A stretch of DNA of 64,000 bases from Bacteroidales bacterium UBA2712. GTDB lineage: Bacteria; Bacteroidota; Bacteroidia; Bacteroidales; Paludibacteraceae. The stretch covers positions 1,864 through 65,863 of the forward strand of contig DEKW01000006.1 of NCBI GenBank assembly GCA_002354055.1. Direction: 5' to 3'. Below the pieces are notes generated by a model. It saw nothing but the letters and a program-made list of their open reading frames with translations, did not search any database and was not told where the DNA came from. Made by a program: the position numbers and the translations under genes. Of this stretch, positions 1-9,111 are shown piece by piece (position 1 is the first letter of the stretch; each line of letters starts with the position of its first letter).

Positions 1-675
1 GGTTCTGCCGACGGCCGTACGGAGACCTGTCCGACCTGTAAGGGTTCCGGACGCGTCATCCGCCAGCAGCGAGGTATCTTCGGCATGATGCAGGTACAAT
101 CGGAATGCGACACCTGTGGCGGCGAGGGCACGATCATCAAGAACAAGTGTCCTAAATGCGGCGGCCAGGGCGTCATCCGCGATGAGGAGATCATCCCCAT
201 CACTATCCCTGCAGGCGTAGCGGGCGGCATGCAACTCACCGTACCCGGCAAGGGTAACGCAGCCCCGCGCGGCGGTGTTCCCGGTGACCTGCTCGTTCTC
301 ATCGAAGAGGAGGAGCACAAGGACTTCGTTCGTCAGGAGAGTGACCTGATCTATAACCTCCTGCTTGACATGCCGACAGCCGTCCTCGGTGGACAGGTAC
401 AGATACCGACCCTCACGGGAGACGTGAAGATCACCATCACCCCCGGTACCCAACCCGGTAAGGTGCTGCGTATGCGAGGAAAGGGACTGCCGCGTATCGA
501 CCAGTACGGACGCAACTACGGTGTAGGCGACCTGCTTATCAACGTAGGCGTCTATATCCCGGAGAAGCTCAACAAGGATGAGCGCAAACTCATCGAACAG
601 CTGCAGAGCAGCCCGAACATCGTCCCCGGTGCGGCGGATAAGAAGAACTTCTTCCGAAACCTCTTTGGCATTTAG
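1..675 (+). CDS. dnaJ: Molecular chaperone DnaJ, C-terminal part (5' end lies outside the window)
   Basis: Frame 1 is open from nt 1. It contains CxxCxGxG zinc-finger repeats (CPTCKGSG, CDTCGGEG, CPKCGGQG) followed by a DnaJ C-terminal client-binding region. Confidence 0.9.
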   Translation, partial: GSADGRTETCPTCKGSGRVIRQQRGIFGMMQVQSECDTCGGEGTIIKNKCPKCGGQGVIRDEEIIPITIPAGVAGGMQLTVPGKGNAAPRGGVPGDLLVLIEEEEHKDFVRQESDLIYNLLLDMPTAVLGGQVQIPTLTGDVKITITPGTQPGKVLRMRGKGLPRIDQYGRNYGVGDLLINVGVYIPEKLNKDERKLIEQLQSSPNIVPGAADKKNFFRNLFGI

Positions 676-742
676 ACCGCTTCGCTCAAAGTAGAAAGAA
701 GAAAGACCGCCCTACGGGCTCAAAGAAGAAAGACCGCTCGCC

Positions 743-1657
743 ATGCTCGCTAAAAGAATAAAGACTTGTATGCATCGACTAAAAGTATTTAGTCTTTACT
801 CCTTATTCCTTATTCTTTTCTCCTGCTTCCTTATTCCTTACTCCGTGAAGGCGGAAGTACCGATATCGAAACCCGATCTGAGCCAGCCTACGGGCATCGC
901 TCCGGCTTTCTTCGGGCCCAATGCCCTGCCGATCATCGACATGTCGGACGGACTGACGGATAACCATCTGCGCCTGGAACTGGCGGCGGATGGTTATATC
1001 GGTTTTCAGAACAACAATACCGTAGATATTTTTGCGCGCGTGCGCGTACCCCTCTTTACGCGCTGGGCGAACCTCTCCGTCTGGATGCCGGTCTATGGCT
1101 GGTACAAGCAGTATGACGGAACCGGCAGCGGTGCCGGAGATGTCTATATCTCTACCGACGTGCAGGTCCTGCATCACTCCTGGTTCCATTCTGACAACGC
1201 CAGATATATCCCGCAGATGACCGTCCGGTTGGGTATGAAGACCGCCTCCGGTGAGCAGTTTGAGCGCCGCCGTCATTACGACTGCCCGGCATATTTCTTC
1301 GACCTCGCCATGGGCCAGTCCATCCCCCTCAAGGCCCTCACTCTCCGTTTCGCGGGCTCGGTGGGCTTCCTATGTTGGCAGACCGATAACGGCCGTCAGA
1401 ACGACGCAGTCATGTACGGTCTGCAGGCGCAGCTGAGACACGAGTTCTTCTCCCTCCAGGCTACCTGGGGCGGCTACGTAGGGTGGGAGCGTCACGGCGA
1501 TGCACCCATGAGCATCAAAGCCCGTGCCGCGGGACACGTCAAGGGCTTCGAACCATACGTCCAGTATCAGTACGGTATCAAGGATTACCCCTTCCATCAG
1601 ATCCGTGTCGGACTCGTCTATAACCTTGATATCTTAGGCCGCGCTACCAAAAAATGA
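743..1657 (+). CDS. Hypothetical secreted / outer-membrane protein (beta-rich, family not recognised)
   Basis: 304-aa ORF with an ATG start. It has an N-terminal hydrophobic signal-like segment and alternating aromatic/polar C-terminal strands. Its stop overlaps the next start (ATGA at 1654-1657). Confidence 0.6.
   Translation: MLAKRIKTCMHRLKVFSLYSLFLILFSCFLIPYSVKAEVPISKPDLSQPTGIAPAFFGPNALPIIDMSDGLTDNHLRLELAADGYIGFQNNNTVDIFARVRVPLFTRWANLSVWMPVYGWYKQYDGTGSGAGDVYISTDVQVLHHSWFHSDNARYIPQMTVRLGMKTASGEQFERRRHYDCPAYFFDLAMGQSIPLKALTLRFAGSVGFLCWQTDNGRQNDAVMYGLQAQLRHEFFSLQATWGGYVGWERHGDAPMSIKARAAGHVKGFEPYVQYQYGIKDYPFHQIRVGLVYNLDILGRATKK
794..842. repeat. Tandem heptamer array, about 7 copies (CTTTACT CCTTATT CCTTATT CTTTTCT CCTGCTT CCTTATT CCTTACT)
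   Basis: Read directly from the sequence. It encodes the hydrophobic core of the signal peptide of the 743..1657 ORF (SLYSLFLILFSCFLIPYS). Confidence 0.8.
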
Positions 1658-4086
1658 AACGACTGATACGATATTGTCTTTTGTCCTTACTCTTTCTTCC
1701 ATACCCTGCAAAGGCCTTGGAGGTAAGTCACACAGCTATGGACGGCAGCGACAGTATTCCGGCGGAGTATTTCCGTAAATGGTATCATCGTACCGACCTG
1801 ATTTATTACCTCGAGGCACTCAACGACCATGTGATTGTAGAGAACCATACACCGGGGCAGTGGTGGCTTCCGGACAGGCTCAGTCTCGCCGTAGCGGGGC
1901 TCCCCTGCACGCAGACGAACTATACGATAGACGGCATGCGGACGGACGACCGTTTTGCTCCCGGCAACACGGTTTTTGTACCGAACATGCAGCAGTACAA
2001 CCTCCTGATCAATACCCATACGGGGCAACTGCAGTTTAGCTCCGATACCGCTGCGCGGGATTATGTGAGGGTGCAATACAATGTTGGTCAGGTAGGTAAC
2101 GGAGCTCCGGCTGCCGGTACTGCCGCGATTGTCAATATCACCCATCGTACCGCCATGCAGAGCGCCGAGACCTTCCGGCATGTCTCTGCCCGCCGCCATC
2201 TGCGAGGCGCGGGCAACGTAGAGGCGGCTTATACCTTCCGAGACAAAGAGGGAAATGCTTTCCGGCAGCACCTGTATGCCTCCTACGGTCAGCGACTCCT
2301 CACGCGCGAGAACGAGCGGGGACTCATCACCGAGGATCCTTATTATGCGGCGAACTACTACAAGGTGCAGGCGGATGGTTTGCTGCCGATGAAGCCGAAT
2401 ACCGTCTTTTCGAAACTCGCCTACCGTCTTAATTTCTCCGGCAAAGAGGATGGCGGAAGCGAGTACCTCTATAACTACAACGAGGTCTATGACCATAAGA
2501 ACTACACGGCGCAGGTATATGTACAACGCCCGTATCTGACTACCGGCCTGACATGGTCAACCAATGTGGTGCACCATCAAGACCTGTCCTTCCGCAGGAA
2601 TATACTGGATATCGACGGCGAGAGTTTCTCTCCATGGGTGGCGGACGGCAAGACGCACGAGTTGAGCTGGACGGTGAATTACGAGCAACCGGTATTATCG
2701 TGGCTCTCGGTGCACGTGCGTGCCCATAACTCCCTCATCCTCTTCCGCCCCGAGCAGAAGCATTTCTCCAACGAACTTTACTTCCGTTCTCCTGTCGCTA
2801 CGGCCGACACCGCGCTCTACCGCTATGAATGGACCAGCAGCGCTTTCGCCGGAGGTATATTGGAGAACACGATCGGCCTCAACGCAGACTACACAATCTG
2901 CCCTCAGCTGGACCTCCATGCGCATCTGGACTTTACGTTGGACGGCTTGATCCTCGGACACGGCAAGAGCAAGATTTCCCCGAACTTCCAAGCCGGTATC
3001 AACTTGGACCTACACCCCTGCCGGTGGTTTGAAATGGGGCTCTCCATCGCTCATCAGCGCATGCCCTACAACGCCGACTATCTGCGCTTCTTCTCCGATG
3101 AATACATGAATGCGGATATCTATCTGGCGGGAACCAACACCCTTTTTGCCACCACCGGAGGTAAGTACCATACCTACCAAAAAGGTCTCATGCAGACTTC
3201 CTATCTGGAGGTACATCTGCCAATCCGTTTTGTGTTCCGCGATAAGCAGGATGGTAAACACGAGATCGTACTGCAGAATGCCTACCGCAAGTTCTTCAAC
3301 GTATGGCATACCTATTATGCCGACGGCATCGAAGCCAACGGCTATTACACGGACGGAAACGGGTTGCCCTACTACCTGACTAACCCCGGCGCGAAATACT
3401 ACGAGGTGGCGCCGACGCCTGCTTTCAAAGGAAATATCCTGATGAACTCCCCATACTATTTCTCCCAACTCACGCGTTATACCTACACGGGCAAGAAAGT
3501 AACGGTAGGTATCTCCTGGCAGTCTATGCAGGCTGCGGGGTACACGGGATTAGGCAATGGACCGAACAGCAATACTATGGGTGTGCTCTCGGAAAGCACG
3601 GCAAACCCGAATACCCTCCGCGCTGCGGAGAATCTGCAAGGCAAAGATGCCGGGGTGGGACGCATGGATCTGGATAAAGGCTTTGTGGCGAGGTTCTATC
3701 TGGGATATAATATCTGCCGATGGGTGCAAGCGGGTCTGACAATCAAATGGACCGACGGCAAACCCTTCACCTCCTACTGCTATTATTATGACGATGCCTC
3801 CCGTCAGATGGCCATCATGCCTCGTACCTCGCGTGGCACGAACCCTACGGACGGTCATTTCGGACGAAGACACGGGGCGATCTACAACGTGGATCTGCAT
3901 CTGCAGGGCTCATGGGAGGTACGCGGCGTTCCGATGCGCCTCAATTTAGAGTGTTATAACATCTGGGATTTCTGTCATGACTTGGCGGAACTGTCCTTCG
4001 AGCAGGACACGCCGAAAGCCGACAGGGCCTCCATCATCATGGCTGTACCTACAGGAATACTGGTATCCTATGCGGTCGATTTATAA
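1654..4086 (+). CDS. Large outer-membrane beta-barrel-like protein (TonB-dependent-receptor-like size, family not recognised)
   Basis: 810-aa ORF with signal peptide MKRLIRYCLLSLLFLPYPAKA. It is rich in Y/G/N/T beta-strand patterns and is translationally coupled to the upstream ORF. Confidence 0.6.
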   Translation: MKRLIRYCLLSLLFLPYPAKALEVSHTAMDGSDSIPAEYFRKWYHRTDLIYYLEALNDHVIVENHTPGQWWLPDRLSLAVAGLPCTQTNYTIDGMRTDDRFAPGNTVFVPNMQQYNLLINTHTGQLQFSSDTAARDYVRVQYNVGQVGNGAPAAGTAAIVNITHRTAMQSAETFRHVSARRHLRGAGNVEAAYTFRDKEGNAFRQHLYASYGQRLLTRENERGLITEDPYYAANYYKVQADGLLPMKPNTVFSKLAYRLNFSGKEDGGSEYLYNYNEVYDHKNYTAQVYVQRPYLTTGLTWSTNVVHHQDLSFRRNILDIDGESFSPWVADGKTHELSWTVNYEQPVLSWLSVHVRAHNSLILFRPEQKHFSNELYFRSPVATADTALYRYEWTSSAFAGGILENTIGLNADYTICPQLDLHAHLDFTLDGLILGHGKSKISPNFQAGINLDLHPCRWFEMGLSIAHQRMPYNADYLRFFSDEYMNADIYLAGTNTLFATTGGKYHTYQKGLMQTSYLEVHLPIRFVFRDKQDGKHEIVLQNAYRKFFNVWHTYYADGIEANGYYTDGNGLPYYLTNPGAKYYEVAPTPAFKGNILMNSPYYFSQLTRYTYTGKKVTVGISWQSMQAAGYTGLGNGPNSNTMGVLSESTANPNTLRAAENLQGKDAGVGRMDLDKGFVARFYLGYNICRWVQAGLTIKWTDGKPFTSYCYYYDDASRQMAIMPRTSRGTNPTDGHFGRRHGAIYNVDLHLQGSWEVRGVPMRLNLECYNIWDFCHDLAELSFEQDTPKADRASIIMAVPTGILVSYAVDL
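1675..1702. repeat. Degenerate heptamer array, about 4 copies (TGTCTTT TGTCCTT ACTCTTT CTTCCAT)
   Basis: Read directly from the sequence. It lies in the signal-peptide coding part of the 1654..4086 ORF. Confidence 0.5.
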
Positions 4087-5878
4087 TTTCGCGAAATATT
4101 ACCTCTTCTGGCTTCTTCTCTTTATTCTGGAGAAACCGGTCTTCATGCTCTCTAACCGCTCCATGATGGGTGAAGTAAGATGGCAGGATTGGTTCTTGGT
4201 GCCGTACCATGCTTTTCCCATGGATCTGAGTGTGGCATCGTATATCATGGTATTCTTCGGCATACTGATGGTAGCTTCCTATTTCCTTCCGTCGCGCCTT
4301 ATTGCGCGGATAGCCGACGGCTATACAGGGCTGTTGTTACTGGTGGCGATGGTGGTTTTCGGTACGGACTTGGGCGTCTTTCCTGCATGGGGGTTCCATC
4401 CGGATAAGACTCTCTTTATCTACCTTGCTTCGCCCAAAGAAGTGCTGGCATGCGCGCCGTGGTGGGTGTGGGTCTTCGGCAGTTTGGGAATCCTCGCTGC
4501 GTGGGGATTGTCCTTCGTGGCTTATCGCTATTGGATGCGCGGTATAGAGGCCATGACGCACCCGGGTACATGGCCCAAGAGGGTAGGAGGTGCCGCCCTG
4601 ATGCTTCTGCTGACCGCAATCCTCTTCCTGCCTATCCGAGGCAGTGTAACCACATCGACGATGAATACCGGCCGCGTCTATTTCTCCGAAAACCAGATGC
4701 TGAACCAAGCTGCCGTGAACCCTATCTTCAATATCGTCGAGTCCATGAGCGTCTTGCAGTTTGATACTCGCCGATACACCTATATGCCCTCTGCCGAAGC
4801 AGAAACCCTCGTCGCAGATATTCTGCCGGCATCTGCTAAGGAAGAAACCTCACCTGAACTTCTGAAAACGAAACGTCCGGATATCGTCTTCTTCATCCTC
4901 GAGAGTTTCTCGCAAAACGCATGGGAAGCGATGCCTAACCTCCGCCGGTTGGCTGCGGAAGGGGTGTATTTCTCCCACGCAGTCGCCTCCTCTTTCCGCA
5001 CCGATAGAGGCGTCGTTGCTGCAATGAGCGGTTTTCCCGGACAGCCTACTTCCTCCGTCATGGTTGTGCCCGCCAAGTCCCGACACCTTCCCCAGATAGG
5101 TAAGTCCCTCTCGCGCGAGGGGTATCATCTGAAGTTCTGGTACGGCGGCGATGAAGACTTCACGAACATGCGCTCGTATCTCATCAGCGGGGGCTTCATC
5201 GACCGCGTCAACGACCATTCCTTCCCGGTGGCTCAACGGTTATCCAAATGGGGTGTGCCGGATCATATCCTCTTCTCCCGCGCAGCGGAAGAGATTGCTA
5301 CCCGCGGAAGTGACCATCCTACGCTCGATGTCATCCTCTCGCTTAGCAGCCATGAACCTTTCGAGGTGCCAACGGCAGACCGCTACCATCATCCATACAT
5401 GAATTCCATCGCCTATACCGACAGTTGTATCGGTGCTTTTGCGGATACTTTGCGCAGATGCGGGAAATGGGAGAATACCCTCTTGGTGTTCGTGCCGGAT
5501 CACGGTTACCCTTATCCCGCCGACGTGCAGAACCACGAGCCGCGGCGGTACGCCATACCGATGGTATGGGCAGGCGGTGCCATCGCGCAACCGCAGGAGG
5601 TGACTGCCCTCTGCTCGCAAATCGATCTCGTCCCTACGCTGCTCGCGCAGATGGGAATCGATCATTCAGAATATATTTTCGGAAAAGATATCTTCGCTCC
5701 GAACTCAGTGCCCTTCGCTTTCTATAGCTTCAACGACGGCTTTGCGCTCCTCACGGAGAGCGATACCGTAGTCGTAGATGCCAAGGCCGACAGACGCGTT
5801 ATCGGAACCGATGAGGACGTAGAGCGTCATGCCCGTGCGTTCGTGCAGCGCGTCTTGGAGAGTATAGAGCAGCTATAG
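4070..5878 (+). CDS. LTA-synthase / sulfatase-family membrane protein (alkaline-phosphatase superfamily, phosphoglycerol- or phosphoethanolamine-transferase-like)
   Basis: Multiple N-terminal TM segments are followed by a sulfatase-like domain (FFILESFSQ..., SSHEPF, FVPDHG). I chose the ATG at 4070 (MRSIYNF...) over the longer ORF start at 3977, which would overlap the upstream gene by more than 100 nt. Confidence 0.8.
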   Translation: MRSIYNFAKYYLFWLLLFILEKPVFMLSNRSMMGEVRWQDWFLVPYHAFPMDLSVASYIMVFFGILMVASYFLPSRLIARIADGYTGLLLLVAMVVFGTDLGVFPAWGFHPDKTLFIYLASPKEVLACAPWWVWVFGSLGILAAWGLSFVAYRYWMRGIEAMTHPGTWPKRVGGAALMLLLTAILFLPIRGSVTTSTMNTGRVYFSENQMLNQAAVNPIFNIVESMSVLQFDTRRYTYMPSAEAETLVADILPASAKEETSPELLKTKRPDIVFFILESFSQNAWEAMPNLRRLAAEGVYFSHAVASSFRTDRGVVAAMSGFPGQPTSSVMVVPAKSRHLPQIGKSLSREGYHLKFWYGGDEDFTNMRSYLISGGFIDRVNDHSFPVAQRLSKWGVPDHILFSRAAEEIATRGSDHPTLDVILSLSSHEPFEVPTADRYHHPYMNSIAYTDSCIGAFADTLRRCGKWENTLLVFVPDHGYPYPADVQNHEPRRYAIPMVWAGGAIAQPQEVTALCSQIDLVPTLLAQMGIDHSEYIFGKDIFAPNSVPFAFYSFNDGFALLTESDTVVVDAKADRRVIGTDEDVERHARAFVQRVLESIEQL

Positions 5879-7092
5879 ACCATCCCTACCGTCCATAACG
5901 CAATGCCGTCGAACTTGCCGAACATGCAATCCGTCAGCATATTCAGGCCGAAGAGGGTGACGAAAAGAGCAGCAAACCGCTTTCCTTCACCTTCTGTACA
6001 GAAGAGAATAGACAGCCATGCCAGGAGGAACAGCACTAGACCCGGTATGCCAATCTCCATCAGCTCCTCCAGATATTGGTTATGGGCATGATAATGTTTG
6101 GTATAATAATATTCAAACCCTTTTTCCTGGTACGTCTTCATCAGATAATTCGTACTTTGTCCGGCTCCCAGACCGTACGCGAGATAGTCCTCGGGGTGCT
6201 GCAACGCGCAGCCCCAGATATTAAACCGCACGTCGTGGTCCGTACTGACTTCGCGGATCTCGGTCGCCGCATGGATATCAAACTTACTCATTCGCGGATG
6301 GAACTTCAGTATGGTTCCGCTGATGACAGCGCCAAAGACGATAATCCCCAAACCATAACGCCAGCGATAGACCTTTGGTAACGCATAGATAAGCCAAACG
6401 ACTAATATAGCTGCGAAAGTGAGGATGGATTGCCGGGAACCCGTCAGCGGTATGGCACTCAGCATAATCGGCAGACACAGCGCCAACAACCATTTCTTAT
6501 CCCGCCATACCTGCAGTGCGATCACAGCGCCTAACATCTCCACCGAGCATAGAAAAAGACGGTGTTTCAAGACCGAGATATTATCCGAGAAGAAGCTATA
6601 CCAAGAGTGGACACCATAGTTCCAGTCGCCTTCCCATCGGAGATAATCAATAATCTCGCGATGGTAGTACAACGGTGACAGTACCACCAAGTAAAACGGA
6701 ACGGCGATGACACAACTGACAACCAGAATCCGACCGATTTGTTGCCAGTCATACCGCTCGTTGACGCCCCATATGCCTATCGGAATTACCAAGGCGAAGG
6801 TCATATATCGCTCCATCTGCCATGCCCATGCTTCATGATCCGGCGACCATATACCCGATACCGCTTTCCATCCGTACCAAAGGCCGAAAAGCAAGAACGG
6901 CAGGGCGGATCTGAACGTTGAATGTTGAATGTTGAATGTTGAATGTTGAAGCCACCGTCCCTCCAGCGCCCATGAGATGAACCAGAACACGCAGGCGTAC
7001 CGCAACCATAGCTGCGGGAAAGGCAACAACGCCACTACTGCTAGAAAGGCAATATAGTTAACCTGCTTAATGATGTCTTTGTACTTGCTCAT
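5827..7092 (-). CDS. O-antigen ligase / polymerase (Wzy_C-like) family membrane protein
   Basis: 421-aa polytopic membrane ORF with a central LTGSRQS loop motif typical of O-antigen ligase-like proteins. Its 3' end overlaps the convergent gene by 52 nt. Confidence 0.7.
   Translation of the reverse strand: MSKYKDIIKQVNYIAFLAVVALLPFPQLWLRYACVFWFISWALEGRWLQHSTFNIQHSTFRSALPFLLFGLWYGWKAVSGIWSPDHEAWAWQMERYMTFALVIPIGIWGVNERYDWQQIGRILVVSCVIAVPFYLVVLSPLYYHREIIDYLRWEGDWNYGVHSWYSFFSDNISVLKHRLFLCSVEMLGAVIALQVWRDKKWLLALCLPIMLSAIPLTGSRQSILTFAAILVVWLIYALPKVYRWRYGLGIIVFGAVISGTILKFHPRMSKFDIHAATEIREVSTDHDVRFNIWGCALQHPEDYLAYGLGAGQSTNYLMKTYQEKGFEYYYTKHYHAHNQYLEELMEIGIPGLVLFLLAWLSILFCTEGEGKRFAALFVTLFGLNMLTDCMFGKFDGIALWTVGMVYSCSILSKTRCTNARA
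6917..6951. repeat. Tandem heptamer array (GTTGAAT x4 plus GTTGAAG)
   Basis: Read directly from the sequence. On the coding (minus) strand it encodes HSTFNIQHSTF inside the O-antigen-ligase-like ORF. Confidence 0.9.
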
Positions 7093-8386
7093 ATCCTTCT
7101 TCTAAACATTTCAAACCCGCAGGACCGATTCGCTCCAGGCGTTTGAACGGATACCCCTGTACGTGTTTGCGCCATCGGATACGGTTCAGATCGATGACCT
7201 CGATATGAGAACCGTCTTCGTTAAATAATATATTTCCTTGCGAGTAGTCCGGATGCCAGATGCCGCGTTGGTGCAGATCCGCCGTAAACCGTCCGATAGC
7301 CCGTAATATCTGCGCCCTGTTTGGGAAATCCGGATGCTCGATGAGGTCGATGAACGTAAATGGACATTCCGATTGTCGGCATGCGTACCAACTCTCCCGT
7401 AATACTCCGCAGACCCGAACCTCGCGGTAGGCAACCGGCGCCGGGGTCAGTCCTTCCATCCTGAGCGCATACTCATAGCTCCGACGGGCTTTGCTCTTAC
7501 CGAAGATCCCGTACCAGATCCCGCGCCAGAGACTCGGCGTAGCAAATTGTTTGACGACCACACCTTTCGTCAGTCGTAGGATATTCCGCCGCGCATCAAT
7601 GATCTCGCCTTCCTCCCATCGGTCAAAATCACCGACTTGCTTTACAGAGCGGAAGAAATTAAGGAACCGGCTCCAGGAACGATGGTAATGCAGCGGTCCG
7701 CCCAAGTAGCGCTCCATATATGCCGGATGGCGGCGGTTGATAGCATCGACAATCAGGCGTTTCTGATCTTTGGCTTTCTTGCGCCGTGAGTGCGGCAGGA
7801 CGCGGTAGTAAAGACCGACTTCGTCCAAGCGGATGTATGTACCGCCTAACGCCATGATGGAGAGCCAGAAATCCCAATCTTCCCGATAGATCTCCTCTTC
7901 GCAGAACCCTCCTACGCGTTGCCAATCGGCTTTGCGGAAAAGGGAAGCGATGTGAATCATGTTTCTGCGCGCCAATAACTCAGGAGAGTACGGCGGGAGT
8001 TTCCATTCGCCCTCTTTGGCTCCGAAGAACTCGGCTTTGCAACTAATAACCCTCACCTCATCGGCTATTCTATCCATCGCGTGGGAGATATAGTCGGGGG
8101 CTATCTTGTCATCCGCATCGACAGGAAGTATCCATTCTCCCTTCGCCTCACGGATAGCATGGTTGCGCGCCGCAGAAACCCCGGCGTTCTCCTGGTGCAT
8201 GACAATCACCTCCGGATGAGCCTTGGCAAACGCCTCCGCTACCGCCCGGCTCTCGTCCTTCGAGCCGTCGTCCATGACGATCACCTCTATCGGCCGGTAG
8301 GAGGACGCAACAATGCTCTCCAGCGCTTCGCCGACGTACGGCGCAGCGTTATATAGGGGCACTATGACGGATACTAAGGGCTTCAT
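7067..8386 (-). CDS. Fusion protein: family-2 glycosyltransferase (N-terminal) plus Kdo/WaaP-type lipopolysaccharide kinase domain (C-terminal)
   Basis: The N-terminus VSVIVPLYNAAPYV...DDGSKD...DADD matches the GT2 signature. The C-terminus GIWHPDYSQGNILF...VIDLNRI resembles the catalytic and Mg-binding loops of LPS-kinase-family proteins. Confidence 0.75.
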   Translation of the reverse strand: MKPLVSVIVPLYNAAPYVGEALESIVASSYRPIEVIVMDDGSKDESRAVAEAFAKAHPEVIVMHQENAGVSAARNHAIREAKGEWILPVDADDKIAPDYISHAMDRIADEVRVISCKAEFFGAKEGEWKLPPYSPELLARRNMIHIASLFRKADWQRVGGFCEEEIYREDWDFWLSIMALGGTYIRLDEVGLYYRVLPHSRRKKAKDQKRLIVDAINRRHPAYMERYLGGPLHYHRSWSRFLNFFRSVKQVGDFDRWEEGEIIDARRNILRLTKGVVVKQFATPSLWRGIWYGIFGKSKARRSYEYALRMEGLTPAPVAYREVRVCGVLRESWYACRQSECPFTFIDLIEHPDFPNRAQILRAIGRFTADLHQRGIWHPDYSQGNILFNEDGSHIEVIDLNRIRWRKHVQGYPFKRLERIGPAGLKCLEEGYEQVQRHH

Positions 8387-9111
8387 ATCTTATCACGATG
8401 TTGGGTGATCTTACGCCAATAATAAAGCAAGGGGTTCGTATATTTGAGTTGTTTCCACGGCCGGCTGGAGTGGGGCTTGTGGAGCACCGGATTGCTGATG
8501 AGCAAGAGGTTCTCAAACCCTAATTCGGTTGACTTATGGCTGATGGTGACGTCGTACCAGTTCTTGCTGGTGTCCAGTTGCTCAAAATCAAAGGCTCTCA
8601 GGAACTCGACCGTCAGTAGCGTGCAGCAGAAGGAGAAACGCTTCTTACACGCGCCGTCCTCATGTATCTTCCGTGCGTACTCGTACGGGAAATTCACTTC
8701 CCCTTGTTCATTGACCGTCACGGCGGCAACCATGCCGGTTGGTTTCTCGCCGCGGGTTTTTCTTCCGGCTACTAACTTTGCTATGGTGTCCGGCCGGATG
8801 ATTACATCGCTCTCGATGATCACCAGATCTCTGCCTTGCTCCAGACACTCCCGCTGCGAACGAACCAGGACCCATCGGTAGTTAGGCGAGGGATGATCTG
8901 TCTCCCGACCGATATGCACCACGCGGATACCTAACTCCTCGCTCAGCGCATCTAACCGCGCTGCGTTCTCGTCTGTCGAGTTGTCGTCATAGACGGTCAT
9001 TGTGTGCCCAGACGCGACGATCGCGCGGATGGCTTCTTCTGCCGTCACGAGTGAGTCTTTGACAGGCATGATGATATGTACTATGGGGTCATGTGCCATT
9101 TTATTTACCAT
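8383..9111 (-). CDS. Family-2 glycosyltransferase
   Basis: IMPVKDSL...YDDNSTDE...ESD pattern. ATG starts exist at 9111 and 9099; the longer TTG-initiated ORF to 9216 would run into the upstream gene. ATGA overlap with the downstream gene. Confidence 0.7.
   Translation of the reverse strand: MVNKMAHDPIVHIIMPVKDSLVTAEEAIRAIVASGHTMTVYDDNSTDENAARLDALSEELGIRVVHIGRETDHPSPNYRWVLVRSQRECLEQGRDLVIIESDVIIRPDTIAKLVAGRKTRGEKPTGMVAAVTVNEQGEVNFPYEYARKIHEDGACKKRFSFCCTLLTVEFLRAFDFEQLDTSKNWYDVTISHKSTELGFENLLLISNPVLHKPHSSRPWKQLKYTNPLLYYWRKITQHRDKI

Noticed and set aside
688-742. AAAGNNN x3 and the duplicated GCTCAAAG(N)AAGAAAGACCGC in the dnaJ-downstream intergenic region
   Set aside because: The repeats are real but short and imperfect. 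I could not tie them to a promoter or terminator, so I note them only as possibly belonging to the same short-repeat phenomenon.
3977-4069. Longer N-terminal extensions given by the ORF track: 3977 (LTA-synthase-like), 27138 (uvrB), 26676 (tamB), 31025 (ATPase), 50424 (malQ), 60224 (EEP), 44891 (Big_2 protein), 18098 (mlaE), 63454 (ybeY), 9216 (GT2)
   Set aside because: In each case the extension overlaps the upstream gene or contains the gene's own TAnnTTTG promoter box. A downstream ATG gives the canonical N-terminus or a proper signal peptide. Several of the track starts are TTG or GTG.
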